Source: Candidatus Limnocylindrales bacterium
GTDB lineage: Bacteria > Chloroflexota > Limnocylindria > Limnocylindrales > CSP1-4
Direction of reading: 5' to 3'
Length of the DNA stretch: 64,000 bases
Assembly: GCA_035764655.1 (NCBI GenBank)
Contig: DASTYU010000043.1
Coordinates: forward strand, 4,489-68,488
Position numbers and translations under genes: made by a program. Of the stretch, positions 19,441 to 29,426 are shown one piece after another. Numbering within the stretch: position 1 is the stretch's first letter; every line of letters begins with the position of its first letter. Below the pieces are notes generated by a model. It ran no database searches. It worked only from the letters and a program-made list of their open reading frames with translations, and was not told the origin of the DNA.

Positions 19441-20417
19441 CACGTCCGCACCCGCGGGTCGAGGACGCCGTAGACCATGTCGGCGGCGAGGTTCGCCAGC
19501 ACGACCGACACGCTCAGGAGCAGGAACACGCCCTGCAGCACCGGGTAGTCGCGAGCTGTCAGGGCCTCGACGGTCAGGGTGCCGAGCCCCGGCCAGTTGA
19601 AGACCACCTCGACCGTGATCGCGCCGGCCACGACGTAGCCGAGGTTGATGGCCACGAGCGTCACCGTCGGCAGCATCGCGTTCGGCAGGGCGTGGTGGCG
19701 CAGGACGCGGCTGTCCTTGAGGCCCATGCCACGGGCGGTCGTGACGTAGTCGTCGGACGACGTCTCGATGATCGAGGAGCGCATCACGATCGCGTACTGG
19801 CCGATCAGGCCGAGCGCGACGGTTGCCAGCGGCAGGGCCAGATGCGAGAGGAAGTCGACCAGGCGGTCGACCGGGCTGCTGTAGGTGGCGCCCGCGGTCA
19901 GCATGCCGAACGTGGGGAACCAGCCGAGGTTCGTTGCGAAGATCAGCAGCAGGATCATCCCGAGCAGGAAGTACGGCGCCGAGTACAGGATCAGTGACAC
20001 GCCGTTGCCGACGAAGTCGATCGGACCGCCGCGCCGCCATCCCGAGTACGCGCCGAGCGCCAGGCCGACCACGATCGCCACCAGCTCACCGAGCCCGAAC
20101 AGGATGAGCGTCGGCCAGATGCGCTGGGCGAGGACCTCGCCGACGGTCTGGCCGCGCGCCACGAACGAGAAACCGAGGTCGCCAGACGCGGTGGCCTGCA
20201 GGAAGCTGACGAACTGGTCGGGGAAGAGCGGCTCGTTGAGGCCCCACCGTTCGCGGGTAGCCTCCAGGCGTTCCAGGGTCACGTTGGGGACGCCGCGCAG
20301 GATGATCCGCTCGGGCGATCCGGGCATGGCCCGGAACAGCAGGAAGTTGATGAGGACGATCAGCAGGATCGTGATCGCCGCGCTGGCCAGGCGGCGGACG
20401 AGATAGGCGCTGCCCAT
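19440..20417 (-). CDS. Peptide ABC transporter permease (DppB/OppB-like)
   Basis: N-terminal MGSAYLVRRLASAAITILLIVLINFLLF and internal EAA-like loop; 325 aa. Confidence 0.9.
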   Translation of the reverse strand: MGSAYLVRRLASAAITILLIVLINFLLFRAMPGSPERIILRGVPNVTLERLEATRERWGLNEPLFPDQFVSFLQATASGDLGFSFVARGQTVGEVLAQRIWPTLILFGLGELVAIVVGLALGAYSGWRRGGPIDFVGNGVSLILYSAPYFLLGMILLLIFATNLGWFPTFGMLTAGATYSSPVDRLVDFLSHLALPLATVALGLIGQYAIVMRSSIIETSSDDYVTTARGMGLKDSRVLRHHALPNAMLPTVTLVAINLGYVVAGAITVEVVFNWPGLGTLTVEALTARDYPVLQGVFLLLSVSVVLANLAADMVYGVLDPRVRT

Positions 20418-20513
20418 GGCCGGCCGGCGAGCGAGGTCAGCCGGGGAACGTCGCGGCGCGACGCTCCCCGGTCAGCTGGGTCCGGGGCGGGCGCGGAGCC
20501 GGCCCCGCTCGGT

Positions 20514-22436
20514 TCATTCCTCCTCTTGGACGCCGGACCGGCGACGCATCATGACCAGCCCGATCGCGAGGACAGCCACGAGGGCCGCGATCCCGGCCAC
20601 GAGCAGGATCGTGTTCGAGCCGCTCGACGCAGCGGCATCGTCGTCGCCTCCGCTCGGCGCCGGCGTGGCTTCGCCGCCGCTGGTGGCGCCCGGGCTCGGG
20701 ACGGCCGCCGACGGTGCCGGGCTCGGCTCGTCGGACGCCGCGGTCAACTGGGTGTAACCCCATGGGCCGTAGCCGAACAGCGGCGTGCCGGTATCGGCGG
20801 GCTGGTTCTGCCAGTTGGCGAACTTGTCGGTCCGGTAGGCGTGCAGCTCCGAGTCGTAGTACAGGATGTGGTACGGCGCCTCGTTGTACACGAGCTGCTG
20901 CATGTCGTCGAGGATCTGCTTCCGGGCCGCCTCGTCGGACTCTGCGCGCTGGTCGAGGAACATCTGGTCGTAGTCGGGGTTCGAGTAGTAGCTGTCGCTC
21001 GATCCGCCGATTTCCTCCGTCCGGAAGAAGTTCAGCAGCGACGTGGGATCCGGATCGCCGACCCAGCCCCACATGTAGATGTCGTAGTTGGCCGGTCCCG
21101 CCGGTGGACCGGTGACGTCCTCGATGAGTTTGCCTTCCTCGGTCACCGCGGCGTCGACCTCGATGCCGAGCTCACCGAACCACTCGACGAGGAACGGAGC
21201 GATCGACCCGTTCTCGGACTCCGAGTCCGGCCAGGTCAGGCGCAGCGTGATCGGGTTGCCTTCCTTGTCGAGGAGCCGGTTGTCGCCGTTCAACTCGTAG
21301 CCGGCCGCCTGCAGGCGCCGCTTGGCCTCCTCGATGTCGAACGTGCGAGGCGTGTCGGGAGCCACGTGCCAGCGCGTGTGGAACGGCGGGATGATCGTGT
21401 CACCGGGCACGCCGTGGCCGTTGAGGACCGCGTCCACGAGCGCCTGCTTGTCGATGGCGTATCCGAGCGCGTCACGGAACGCCACGTCGGACAGCGCGGG
21501 GGTGGAGCCCCCGTAGCCCTCCTTGGTGCCACCCGTGTTGAAGGACAGCTCCGTGTAGCCGTTGGCGAAGCCTTCGACCGTGGCGATGTCCTCGACACCT
21601 TCGAGGGCGTCGAACTGGTCGCCGTTGACGCCGCGGACGTAGTCGATCTCGCCGGTCCGCAGCGCCTGGACCATCGTGTCGGGGCTGGCGAAGTGCTGGA
21701 GGATCACCTCGTCGGCCGCTCCCTGCTGGCCCCAGTAGTTGTCGTTGCGAGCGAAGCGGATGAACTCGCCCGGTGTCCACTCCACAGCCACATACGGGCC
21801 GGTGCCAACGACCGGTGGCTCGTTCTGGAAGAAGCCCTCGGCGGTCACATCGCCGATCTGCTCGATCGTGTATTGGCTCCAGATGTGCTTCGGGAGGATC
21901 GGCACGTACGCCTGCAGCAGCAGCGTGTTGGGGAATTCCGTGGTGACGACCAGCGTCTGCGCGTCGGGCGCTTCCACCGACGTGACGCCGGCATTGGTGA
22001 GGTAGCCGTCGAGGTATCCCTCGCCGAGGTAGCCGTTCGTCGTCTCCTGGCCGTCGAGCACGAGCTGGTAGGTCCAGCGCGCATCCTCGGCAGTGGCCGG
22101 CTCACCGTCCGACCACAGCATGCCGGGCCGGATGTTGAAGGTCCAGGTGAGGCCGTCGGCCGACTGCTCCCACGACTGGGCGAACCCCTCGACGGGTTCG
22201 ATGTTCTGGCCCCAGCCCACGAGCGTGTCGTAATTGAGCGTGTAGACCTCGAAGTCGGCGACGACGACCGAGTTGAACGGGTTGAGGACCTGCAGGTCCT
22301 GGTCCGTGCCGGCTCGGAGGACGAGCGGTTCACCGTCAGCAGCCAGTGCCGGGGCCGACCCGGGAACCAGGAGCGCGGTCAGGAGCAGCAGCGCTGCGAG
22401 TGTTCGAAACACCCGGGCACGCAGGGGTGACGCCAT
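20514..22436 (-). CDS. ABC transporter substrate-binding protein, family 5 (peptide/nickel), with cleavable signal peptide and an unusual C-terminal TM anchor
   Basis: SBP_bac_5 motifs; N-terminal signal ending ALA-AD and no lipobox; the C-terminus has a Pro/Ser/Ala/Gly linker, a hydrophobic helix NTILLVAGIAALVAVLAIGLVMM and an RRRSGVQEEE tail. Strong GAGGAGGA RBS. Confidence 0.85.
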   Translation of the reverse strand: MASPLRARVFRTLAALLLLTALLVPGSAPALAADGEPLVLRAGTDQDLQVLNPFNSVVVADFEVYTLNYDTLVGWGQNIEPVEGFAQSWEQSADGLTWTFNIRPGMLWSDGEPATAEDARWTYQLVLDGQETTNGYLGEGYLDGYLTNAGVTSVEAPDAQTLVVTTEFPNTLLLQAYVPILPKHIWSQYTIEQIGDVTAEGFFQNEPPVVGTGPYVAVEWTPGEFIRFARNDNYWGQQGAADEVILQHFASPDTMVQALRTGEIDYVRGVNGDQFDALEGVEDIATVEGFANGYTELSFNTGGTKEGYGGSTPALSDVAFRDALGYAIDKQALVDAVLNGHGVPGDTIIPPFHTRWHVAPDTPRTFDIEEAKRRLQAAGYELNGDNRLLDKEGNPITLRLTWPDSESENGSIAPFLVEWFGELGIEVDAAVTEEGKLIEDVTGPPAGPANYDIYMWGWVGDPDPTSLLNFFRTEEIGGSSDSYYSNPDYDQMFLDQRAESDEAARKQILDDMQQLVYNEAPYHILYYDSELHAYRTDKFANWQNQPADTGTPLFGYGPWGYTQLTAASDEPSPAPSAAVPSPGATSGGEATPAPSGGDDDAAASSGSNTILLVAGIAALVAVLAIGLVMMRRRSGVQEEE

Positions 22437-22567
22437 GTCGTGGTTTCCTCCTCTGCAGGCCGCCGGACCACCCCCTGTGACGACCCCAATCACCCGGCCT
22501 CTCGGTCGAGTGCGGGGGAGCGTCGCACAGCCACGCCCGACGGTGCAAGCGCGGCCCGCATTGCGCG

Positions 22568-23743
22568 TCAGGCCGGCGCGCGGAGTGCGTCGCGGTCGAC
22601 GCGGAAACCCTCGATCTCCGGCGCCGACGGCGTCGAGCCGTCGATCACCAGCTCGGCAAGGATTCGACCGAGCACCGATGCGAACTTGAAGCCGTGTGCG
22701 GCGCCGAGCACGACCGCGACACCGGGCGCGTCGGGCAGCCGGTCGACCACGAAGTCACGGTCTGGGGTCAGCGTGTACAGGCAGGTCCGCGTCAGGATCG
22801 GGCGGCCGAGCGCCCCGGGCAGATGCTCCGCCATGAATGCCTCCACGCGGGCGAACGCGGCCTCGTCGCGATCGAAGGTGCGGGTCTGCGGCGTCACCAC
22901 CTCGCCGCCCACGTCCTGGGCGACCTTCGGCCCCGCCTCGCCGTAGGTGGGAAAGCCGTAGAAACACGGCTCGTCCTGCCAGATCCAGATCGGGAACCGG
23001 TCCGGCTCGTAGGCGGCCGCGTTCGGGCAGGCGAAATAGGTGACCTGCTCCTTGGTGATCGTCAGGGGAAGGCGGCGGTCGAAGCTCGCCAGGAGCTCGT
23101 TGGTCCAGGCGTCGGCAGCGATGACGATCCTCGGCGTCCGGAAGGTGCTCCCGTCGACGGTCACGACTTCATGCTCTCCGCGACCCGTGTCGCGGATGGC
23201 GGCCACCGGTGCGCGCTCGTGAAGCGTCGCACCGCGGCGCACGGCCAGATCCCGATGCGCCCGGTTGCCGCGGATGGGGTCGGCGATGCCGCCGTCGGAC
23301 TGAAAGAGGCCCCTCGTTGCCTCGTCGACCTGCCACTGCGGCCAGCGCCGGCGGATCTCGTCCGCCGCGAGCAGCTCGAACGGGATCATCTCGGCGCTGA
23401 GGCTGCCGGTGTAGTCCTCGATCGCATACGTGGAGCCCTCCGGCCACAGGTCCAGCCCGCCGGTGACGGTCACGACCCGTTCGCCGGACTCGGCCTCCAC
23501 CTCCGCCCAGGACGCGTACGCGCGCCGGGCCAGGCGGACGTAATCGGGCCGATGGTAGGAGTAGCGGATGATCCGGCTGTGGTCCTGCGACGCGCCGTTC
23601 GGGTGGCCCAACTCGAACTGCTCCAGGCCCAGGACACGGTCACCGTACCTGGTGCTCAGCCAGTACGCCGCGGCCGAACCGATCGCCCCGAGGCCGATGA
23701 CGATGGCGTCCCATTCGCGCCGGAGCTCGCCCACGTTGGTCAT
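22568..23743 (-). CDS. FAD-dependent N-methyl-L-tryptophan / monomeric sarcosine oxidase-like oxidoreductase
   Basis: N-terminal DAIVIGLGAIGSAAAYWL FAD fold; MSOX/MTOX-like C-terminal HGFKF. Start at MTNVGEL (ATGA overlap with the PhzF-like gene). Confidence 0.8.
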   Translation of the reverse strand: MTNVGELRREWDAIVIGLGAIGSAAAYWLSTRYGDRVLGLEQFELGHPNGASQDHSRIIRYSYHRPDYVRLARRAYASWAEVEAESGERVVTVTGGLDLWPEGSTYAIEDYTGSLSAEMIPFELLAADEIRRRWPQWQVDEATRGLFQSDGGIADPIRGNRAHRDLAVRRGATLHERAPVAAIRDTGRGEHEVVTVDGSTFRTPRIVIAADAWTNELLASFDRRLPLTITKEQVTYFACPNAAAYEPDRFPIWIWQDEPCFYGFPTYGEAGPKVAQDVGGEVVTPQTRTFDRDEAAFARVEAFMAEHLPGALGRPILTRTCLYTLTPDRDFVVDRLPDAPGVAVVLGAAHGFKFASVLGRILAELVIDGSTPSAPEIEGFRVDRDALRAPA

Positions 23744-24426
23744 TCCAGGTCGTACGCCCGATGCTCGACGAGCTCGACGCGCCCGCCGACGTCGATCCAC
23801 CCGTCGCCCGGCGTCCGGACGTGGAGCTCGGAGCCCACCCCCTGGCGGATCGTCAGGGGACGGCCAAGCCGCTCGCCCATGAGCACCGCCGCCGCGCCGG
23901 TCGCCTCGTCCTCGGCGATCCCGAGGTCGGTCGGGAAGAAGCGCGCCCGGACGCGCCCCGCGGGTTCGTCCTCCCACGCCCAGATGTAGTGGCCTGGCTC
24001 GCCCATCGCCGGCGACGGGAAGGACTCGACGTCGGCAGGGGTTTCGAGTCGATCCGGTTCGGGTATCCCGGCCACCCAGTCGGCCCGCGCGCGGATCCAT
24101 GCCAGCTCGCCGTCCTGCCACGCGGCCACGTCGCCGGACGCGCAGCGGATGACCGAGACATCCTCGCCGAGGTTGCGCAGGAGCCACGATGTCCCGACCG
24201 TCGGATGCCCGGCAAACGGCAGCTCGGTCGCCGGCGTGTGGATGGCCACCGCGGCCGCCCCATTCGCGATGCTGTCGACGAAGACGGTCTCGCTGAACCC
24301 GAGGTCCGCGGCAACGGCCTGACGCCGACCCGCTTCGATCAGGGGGCCCTCGACGAACACGCCGAGCGGATTGCCACCGCTCCCATCCGGATCCATGAAC
24401 ACGCGCAGCACGTGGAGCACCGTCAT
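23740..24426 (-). CDS. PhzF-family (phenazine biosynthesis-like, DapF fold) protein
   Basis: MTVLHVLRVFMDPDGSGGNPLGVFVEG...AADLGFSETVFV typical PhzF N-terminus; 228 aa. Confidence 0.75.
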   Translation of the reverse strand: MTVLHVLRVFMDPDGSGGNPLGVFVEGPLIEAGRRQAVAADLGFSETVFVDSIANGAAAVAIHTPATELPFAGHPTVGTSWLLRNLGEDVSVIRCASGDVAAWQDGELAWIRARADWVAGIPEPDRLETPADVESFPSPAMGEPGHYIWAWEDEPAGRVRARFFPTDLGIAEDEATGAAAVLMGERLGRPLTIRQGVGSELHVRTPGDGWIDVGGRVELVEHRAYDLE

Positions 24427-24998
24427 GGCACGCCCGCGCGACGGAGTGCAACGCGCTGGATGCCCATGATCGACACGGCGTCGGCGATGCGCCCGTCGGC
24501 GGTCATCGCCAGCGCTTCATCGAACGGAACCCAGCGCACGTCGAGGTCCTCGGTCGGGTCAGGCGCCGCCGTGCCGTGGGTCAGCCCGGTCGCGAGCCAC
24601 AACCGGCCGCGCTCGTCGGTGATCGAGTTGGACAGGGCGTACGTCCCGATCTCGGTCCAGTCGGTGGCCTCGACACCGGTCTCCTCGCGCAGCTCGCGAC
24701 GGATGCCGTCGAGTGGGGATTCGTCGGGCGACACGCCCCCTTCGGGGATCTCCCAGGAGTACGCATCCAGCGTGTAGCGGTGCTGGCCCACGAGCAGGAT
24801 CCGATCGGCATCGTCGAGCACGACGACGCCCGACGCGGCGTTGCGGAAGTGGACGACGCCGTAGATCCCGCCGCTGCCGTCGGGCCGGGTCACCTCGTCG
24901 TGCCACACCACGATCCAGCCATTCTCGTAGGCCACCCGGCGCGACAGCCGGGTCCACGGCCCGCTCGTCACCGGCTCATCCCTCGATCCGTCGTGCAC
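24423..24998 (-). CDS. NUDIX hydrolase (ADP-ribose pyrophosphatase-like)
   Basis: Nudix box GGVSPDESPLDGIRRELREETGV. Start may be an internal GTG because the ORF-track start sits only 32 bp from the divergent downstream gene. Confidence 0.8.
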   Translation of the reverse strand: MHDGSRDEPVTSGPWTRLSRRVAYENGWIVVWHDEVTRPDGSGGIYGVVHFRNAASGVVVLDDADRILLVGQHRYTLDAYSWEIPEGGVSPDESPLDGIRRELREETGVEATDWTEIGTYALSNSITDERGRLWLATGLTHGTAAPDPTEDLDVRWVPFDEALAMTADGRIADAVSIMGIQRVALRRAGVP

Positions 24999-25030
24999 CG
25001 GGAGATCGTAGCGGGACCTAGACTCGATCC

Positions 25031-27112
25031 GTGGCCACCATCGATCCCGAGCCGGCGGGGCCCGCGAGCCCGCCGCGCCATGACGTCACGACCGAGTGGG
25101 ATGTCCGGGTCTCGGTCCGCGACGGCATCGAGCTGTCGGCGAACATCTGGCGGCCCGGTCCCCCGGCCGGATCGGCCGGCACGCGCGTTCCGGCGATCCT
25201 GGAGCTCATCCCCTACGGCAAGGACAACTGGCGGCGCAACGTCGACGTCGGACGCGGGGAGTACTTCGCGCGGCGCGGCTACGCGTTGTGCCGGGTCGAC
25301 GTCCGCGGGACCGGCAGCTCGGGAGGCGTGGCGTTCGACGAGTACACCGAGGACGAGACGCAGGATGGGTTCGAATGCGTCGAATGGCTGGCGGCCCAGG
25401 ACTGGTGCGACGGGAACGTTGCGATGTGGGGCATCAGCTACGGGGGATTCACCTCGATCCAGGTGGCCAAATTGCGCCCGCCCCACCTGCGCGCCATCGT
25501 CCCGATCATGGCCACCGACGACCGCTACACGACCGACGTCCATTACATCGGCGGCTGCGTCACGGCGAGCGAGCTGAGCCAGTACGCCGTGAGCCAGGTG
25601 GCCATGAACGCGATGCCGCCCGACGCGGAGTTCCGCGGCGACGGCTGGCTGGGCGAGTGGCGGGCACGGCTCGAGGCAACGCCGCCATGGCTGTTCGAAT
25701 GGCTGCGCCAGCAGCGCGACGGCCCCTACTGGCGACCGGGCTCGCTTGCCCCGGACTACGAAGCGATCGAGGTGCCGATCCTCAATATCGGCGGGTGGAT
25801 GGATTCGTACGTGGACGCTGCGCTTCGGATGCAGGCACGATGCACGGCGCCAACGCGGACGATCGTGGGCAACTGGGTCCACGAGATGCCCGCCGACGCG
25901 ACGCCCGGCCCCAACGTCGACGAGCTGCACGAGGTGGTGCGGTTCTTCGACCGCTGGCTGCGTGGTGCAGCCGAGGAAGCCGCTGAGCCGCCGCTGACCT
26001 GGTTCGAACGCGATTACGCGCCACCGGAGCCGTTTCCGACGTCGTGGCCCGGCAGATGGCGTTCGGCCGAGGCCTTCCCCCACCCGTCCACCGAGCTGCG
26101 AACGTGGGCGTTTGCCGCTGGTTCCCTGCCGCTCGCCGGTCGGCTCTCGCATGCGGCGCCCACGGAGGCGTTCGTCGAACGCTATCGCCACCGGGCGACG
26201 ACCGGGACCCGGGCCGGGCTGTCGTGGGGGGCGGGCAGCGCCCCCAATGGCCTCGCGCGCGACCTGCGACCCGACGAGGCGTTCGGCCCGGTCTTCACGT
26301 CCGAGCCGCTCGACGGGCCGGTCTCGATCCTCGGCTTCCCCGAGGTGGTGCTCCACCTCGCCGCCTCCGCGCCGGTGGCCACGGCAGTGGTCCGCCTCGC
26401 GGACGTCGCGCCGGACGGGGCGTCCGCCCAGGTGACCGCCGGGATCCTCAACCTGACGCACCGCCGCTCGCACGCCGAGCCGGTGCCGCTCGAGCCGGAT
26501 CACGTGGAAGAGGTCCGCGTGCGGCTGCGCGGCGCCGGCTACCGCTTCGCGCCGGGCCACCGCATCCGGGTGTCGCTGGCATCGTCGGCGTGGCCCGTCG
26601 TCTGGCCGTCGCCGTTCCTCGCCGATTTCGAACTCCACGCCGGCGGCGCCACCCCGTCGCGCCTGATCCTGCCCGTCGTCCCGGAGGCCGGCGGCCCGGG
26701 TGACCTGCCACCGCCGGCATTCAGGACGACGCCGCCCGACGTGCGGGACGTGTCGCTCGGCGGGTCGTCCGATCAGCCGCGCTGGGAGATCCTCGATGAC
26801 GTCATCGACGGCAGCGTGACCGTCACGTTCCACGACGGGGGCAGCGACGCGCTCCACGACGGACGCCGCCTCTACGCGGCGGAAACCATCTGGCTGACCG
26901 CCCGCAACGACGAACCGGCGCGGGCGCTGCTCGACGCCGACGTCGTCTACCGCTGGTGGGAGCACGACCACACGATCGAGATCCGGGCACGTTCGACGCA
27001 GTCGTCGGACGAAACCACCTTCGACCTGTCGGTCGACCTCGAGGTGGACCTCGACGGCGCGTCGTTCTTCACCCGGCGCTGGCAGGAGCGCATCCCGCGC
27101 GACCTGGTGTAG
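25031..27112 (+). CDS. CocE/NonD family hydrolase (X-Pro dipeptidyl-peptidase S15-like alpha/beta hydrolase)
   Basis: GISYGGF nucleophile elbow, N-terminal VRDGIELSANIWRP...ELIPYGK pattern, C-terminal beta-sandwich domain; 693 aa. Confidence 0.85.
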   Translation: MATIDPEPAGPASPPRHDVTTEWDVRVSVRDGIELSANIWRPGPPAGSAGTRVPAILELIPYGKDNWRRNVDVGRGEYFARRGYALCRVDVRGTGSSGGVAFDEYTEDETQDGFECVEWLAAQDWCDGNVAMWGISYGGFTSIQVAKLRPPHLRAIVPIMATDDRYTTDVHYIGGCVTASELSQYAVSQVAMNAMPPDAEFRGDGWLGEWRARLEATPPWLFEWLRQQRDGPYWRPGSLAPDYEAIEVPILNIGGWMDSYVDAALRMQARCTAPTRTIVGNWVHEMPADATPGPNVDELHEVVRFFDRWLRGAAEEAAEPPLTWFERDYAPPEPFPTSWPGRWRSAEAFPHPSTELRTWAFAAGSLPLAGRLSHAAPTEAFVERYRHRATTGTRAGLSWGAGSAPNGLARDLRPDEAFGPVFTSEPLDGPVSILGFPEVVLHLAASAPVATAVVRLADVAPDGASAQVTAGILNLTHRRSHAEPVPLEPDHVEEVRVRLRGAGYRFAPGHRIRVSLASSAWPVVWPSPFLADFELHAGGATPSRLILPVVPEAGGPGDLPPPAFRTTPPDVRDVSLGGSSDQPRWEILDDVIDGSVTVTFHDGGSDALHDGRRLYAAETIWLTARNDEPARALLDADVVYRWWEHDHTIEIRARSTQSSDETTFDLSVDLEVDLDGASFFTRRWQERIPRDLV

Positions 27113-27115
27113 GCG

Positions 27116-27733
27116 CTAGATCCCTCGCGCGATCACGATCGCGAACCCGAGCACGACAGCGTTCCCCAGGACGCTGATCCCGACCTGGACCTGCCATGGC
27201 AGCCGCTGGTGGAACAGCGAACCGAGCAGGGCCAGGAAGAGCTGCCATGACGTCGAGGCGAGGGCGGCCCCGACGATGAACGCCGTCCGCTCGGCCGGCC
27301 CCGACCCGAGCTCCGGGCGGCCCAGGATCAGCGCCGCGAAATAGAGGATCGTCGTCGGGTTGAGCAGGGTGATCGCGAGGAACCGGAGGTACGTTCGCCC
27401 GGGCCGGGCGGGCAGCTCGGCGTTGCCGGGAATGCGGATGCGGGCGTGGTACAGGGCGGCCCAGAAGCCGCGTAGCGCGATCACGGTCAGGACCACGACG
27501 GCGATGACCTGGAGGGCGGGGGTGATCGGCTCCAGGAGCTGCGCGATCGCCGCTCCCGCCACCACGGCAAGCAGCGCGTAGAGCCCGTCGGCGGTGGCAG
27601 CCCCAAGGCCCGCCGGCGCCGCGAGGCGGAACCCGCGTCGCACCCCGAGCTCGATGATCAGCACCGCCACCGGCCCGACCGGGATCGCGATGCCATAGCC
27701 GGCGATCGCGCCGGCGACGAACGATTCGGGCAT
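27116..27733 (-). CDS. LysE/RhtB family amino-acid efflux transporter
   Basis: 205-aa six-TM protein beginning MPESFVAGAIAGYGIAIPVGPVAVLII. Confidence 0.85.
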   Translation of the reverse strand: MPESFVAGAIAGYGIAIPVGPVAVLIIELGVRRGFRLAAPAGLGAATADGLYALLAVVAGAAIAQLLEPITPALQVIAVVVLTVIALRGFWAALYHARIRIPGNAELPARPGRTYLRFLAITLLNPTTILYFAALILGRPELGSGPAERTAFIVGAALASTSWQLFLALLGSLFHQRLPWQVQVGISVLGNAVVLGFAIVIARGI

Positions 27734-27759
27734 GTGTCAGCGGCGGCGAGCCTGCGCGA

Positions 27760-28779
27760 TCAACCGAGCGAGTCGAGCGCGGCGACGGCAACGAACGCGC
27801 TGACCGTCGCGACGGCCACGCTGGCGAGCGTCCCGAGCAGGTAGTACTCGGCGAAGTCGCGGTCATCGAGCTGCTTGAAGCGGGCGAGTGTCTTGGCCGC
27901 AATCACCAGCCCGATGGCGGCCTCCGCACCGGCGAGCACCAGGGTCACGATCAGGAGCCGTTCGAGGATGCCGATCGCCTCGCCGACGCGACCCGGCGGG
28001 GCGGGTGCGGGGGGCGCAGGCCCCGCGGGCGTCGTGGGCGGAGCCGCCGGATCCGGTACCGCGCGGCCCTCGATCAGGCCAACCTGGAACGTCCAGGCGA
28101 CCGGTGTGGAGGCGGGCGGCGTGGCAGGCGCCGGCGTCGGCGGCGCGGGCGTTTCGGTGGTGCGCCCCTCGGTTGCCAAGCGCGGAACGACGAGCACGCC
28201 CACGAACAGCGCACCGGCACGGACGTTGACGATCAACAGGCCCGCCAGGACGACAGCACGGAAGACGACGTCGTGCGCGGTCGCCTGGTCCCAGCGTCCC
28301 AGCCAGCCGCCCGCCCACCCGGCAAAGCCGGGATCCAGGGGCGCAACGGAGAGCAGCGCCGCCCAGGCGACCACGAGGACGGCAACATGGGCGAGCTGGT
28401 CGACCGCGAACAGCGCGCCCGGGACCGGCGTCCACGCCGGGCCGAGGCCGTCGGGAGCGGTGCCCGCTGCCTCGTGCCGTCGCCGAGCCTCGGCCAGCGC
28501 CGCGGCCTCGGCCCGACGCGTCAGCAGCGACTTGGTCCGGTCGATCGCGGCGTGGCTGACTGCCACGATCGCCACCACCCACCAGCCCGGGGTTCCGAAC
28601 GCGAGGCCGAACGGCGCGACGCACAGCGCCACGATCAGCGCGTGCCCGAACAGCGCGGGCAGGGCCGCGTTCCCGGGCACGGCCTTGGAACGCGCCATCC
28701 GGCCCGATTGCAGGACGAAGTCCGAGGCGAGATGCGCGAGGAGCAGCCACGCGAGGACGAGACCCTGGTCGGTGCTCAC
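27760..28779 (-). CDS. DUF3307-family membrane protein with a Pro-rich central linker
   Basis: N-terminal LAHLASDFVLQ motif; GTGA start/stop overlap with the SatD-like gene, so translationally coupled. Confidence 0.7.
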   Translation of the reverse strand: MSTDQGLVLAWLLLAHLASDFVLQSGRMARSKAVPGNAALPALFGHALIVALCVAPFGLAFGTPGWWVVAIVAVSHAAIDRTKSLLTRRAEAAALAEARRRHEAAGTAPDGLGPAWTPVPGALFAVDQLAHVAVLVVAWAALLSVAPLDPGFAGWAGGWLGRWDQATAHDVVFRAVVLAGLLIVNVRAGALFVGVLVVPRLATEGRTTETPAPPTPAPATPPASTPVAWTFQVGLIEGRAVPDPAAPPTTPAGPAPPAPAPPGRVGEAIGILERLLIVTLVLAGAEAAIGLVIAAKTLARFKQLDDRDFAEYYLLGTLASVAVATVSAFVAVAALDSLG

Positions 28780-29420
28780 GCCCGGTTCCCCTCGGCCGCG
28801 GCCACACCCTCGGTCACGATCCAGCGGAGCACGCCGAGGAGTCCTTCGATGCGGCGGATCCGCGCCCGTTCGGCCATTACCGAGATCGTGGCACGGCTCA
28901 CGCCGAGCCGCTCGGCCACGTCGGACTGGCGCCGGCCCTCCACGAGCATGAGCCGCGCGATCAGCCGCTGCCGCTCGGTCAGGTCGGCCAGGAGCTCTGC
29001 GAGCAGCGGCGCGAGCTCCGCGAGCAGGTCATCCGAGCGCGGGTCGCCCACGTGGACGCGGAGTCCGTCGCGCCGGCTGCGCCCCGCCTCGAGCAACCGC
29101 CGAGCATCGAGGAACGCCGGTCCGGTCCGCTCGGTGGCAGGCCCGCGGCCGGGCTCGACGCTGCCCGCCACGATCACCCAGCGCATCGGGAACGCACGTT
29201 CGTGGAGCGTCGCGCGCAGGACCGCCGCGAACGGGTCCGCGTCGATGCTGAGCAGGCCCTGGAGCTCGTCGCCCTGGGTGAAGGCGAACGGCGCCGGGCG
29301 TACGCCCGGTGGGTACACCCGCTCGAGCTCCTCGATGAGCTCGCGCAGCCATGCCGTCGCCGCGGGCGCGTCGGCCCGCGAGCGAACCACGTCGCCGAAC
29401 AACACGAACGCGGTCGTCAT
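28776..29420 (-). CDS. SatD-family protein with a C-terminal sigma-70 region-4-like HTH
   Basis: Start at MTTAFVLFGDVV (codon 13 of the ORF-track entry); C-terminal TERQRLIARLMLVEGRRQSDVAERLGVSRATISVMAERA HTH. Conserved pairing with DUF3307. Confidence 0.7.
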   Translation of the reverse strand: MTTAFVLFGDVVRSRADAPAATAWLRELIEELERVYPPGVRPAPFAFTQGDELQGLLSIDADPFAAVLRATLHERAFPMRWVIVAGSVEPGRGPATERTGPAFLDARRLLEAGRSRRDGLRVHVGDPRSDDLLAELAPLLAELLADLTERQRLIARLMLVEGRRQSDVAERLGVSRATISVMAERARIRRIEGLLGVLRWIVTEGVAAAEGNRA

Positions 29421-29426
29421 TCGCAG

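Noticed and set aside
16032-22430. Plus-strand ORFs 16032..17444, 17189..18793, 18493..19473, 20526..22430
   Set aside because: They are antisense shadows of the dppABCDF-type operon, whose minus-strand products have unambiguous ABC-transporter motifs.
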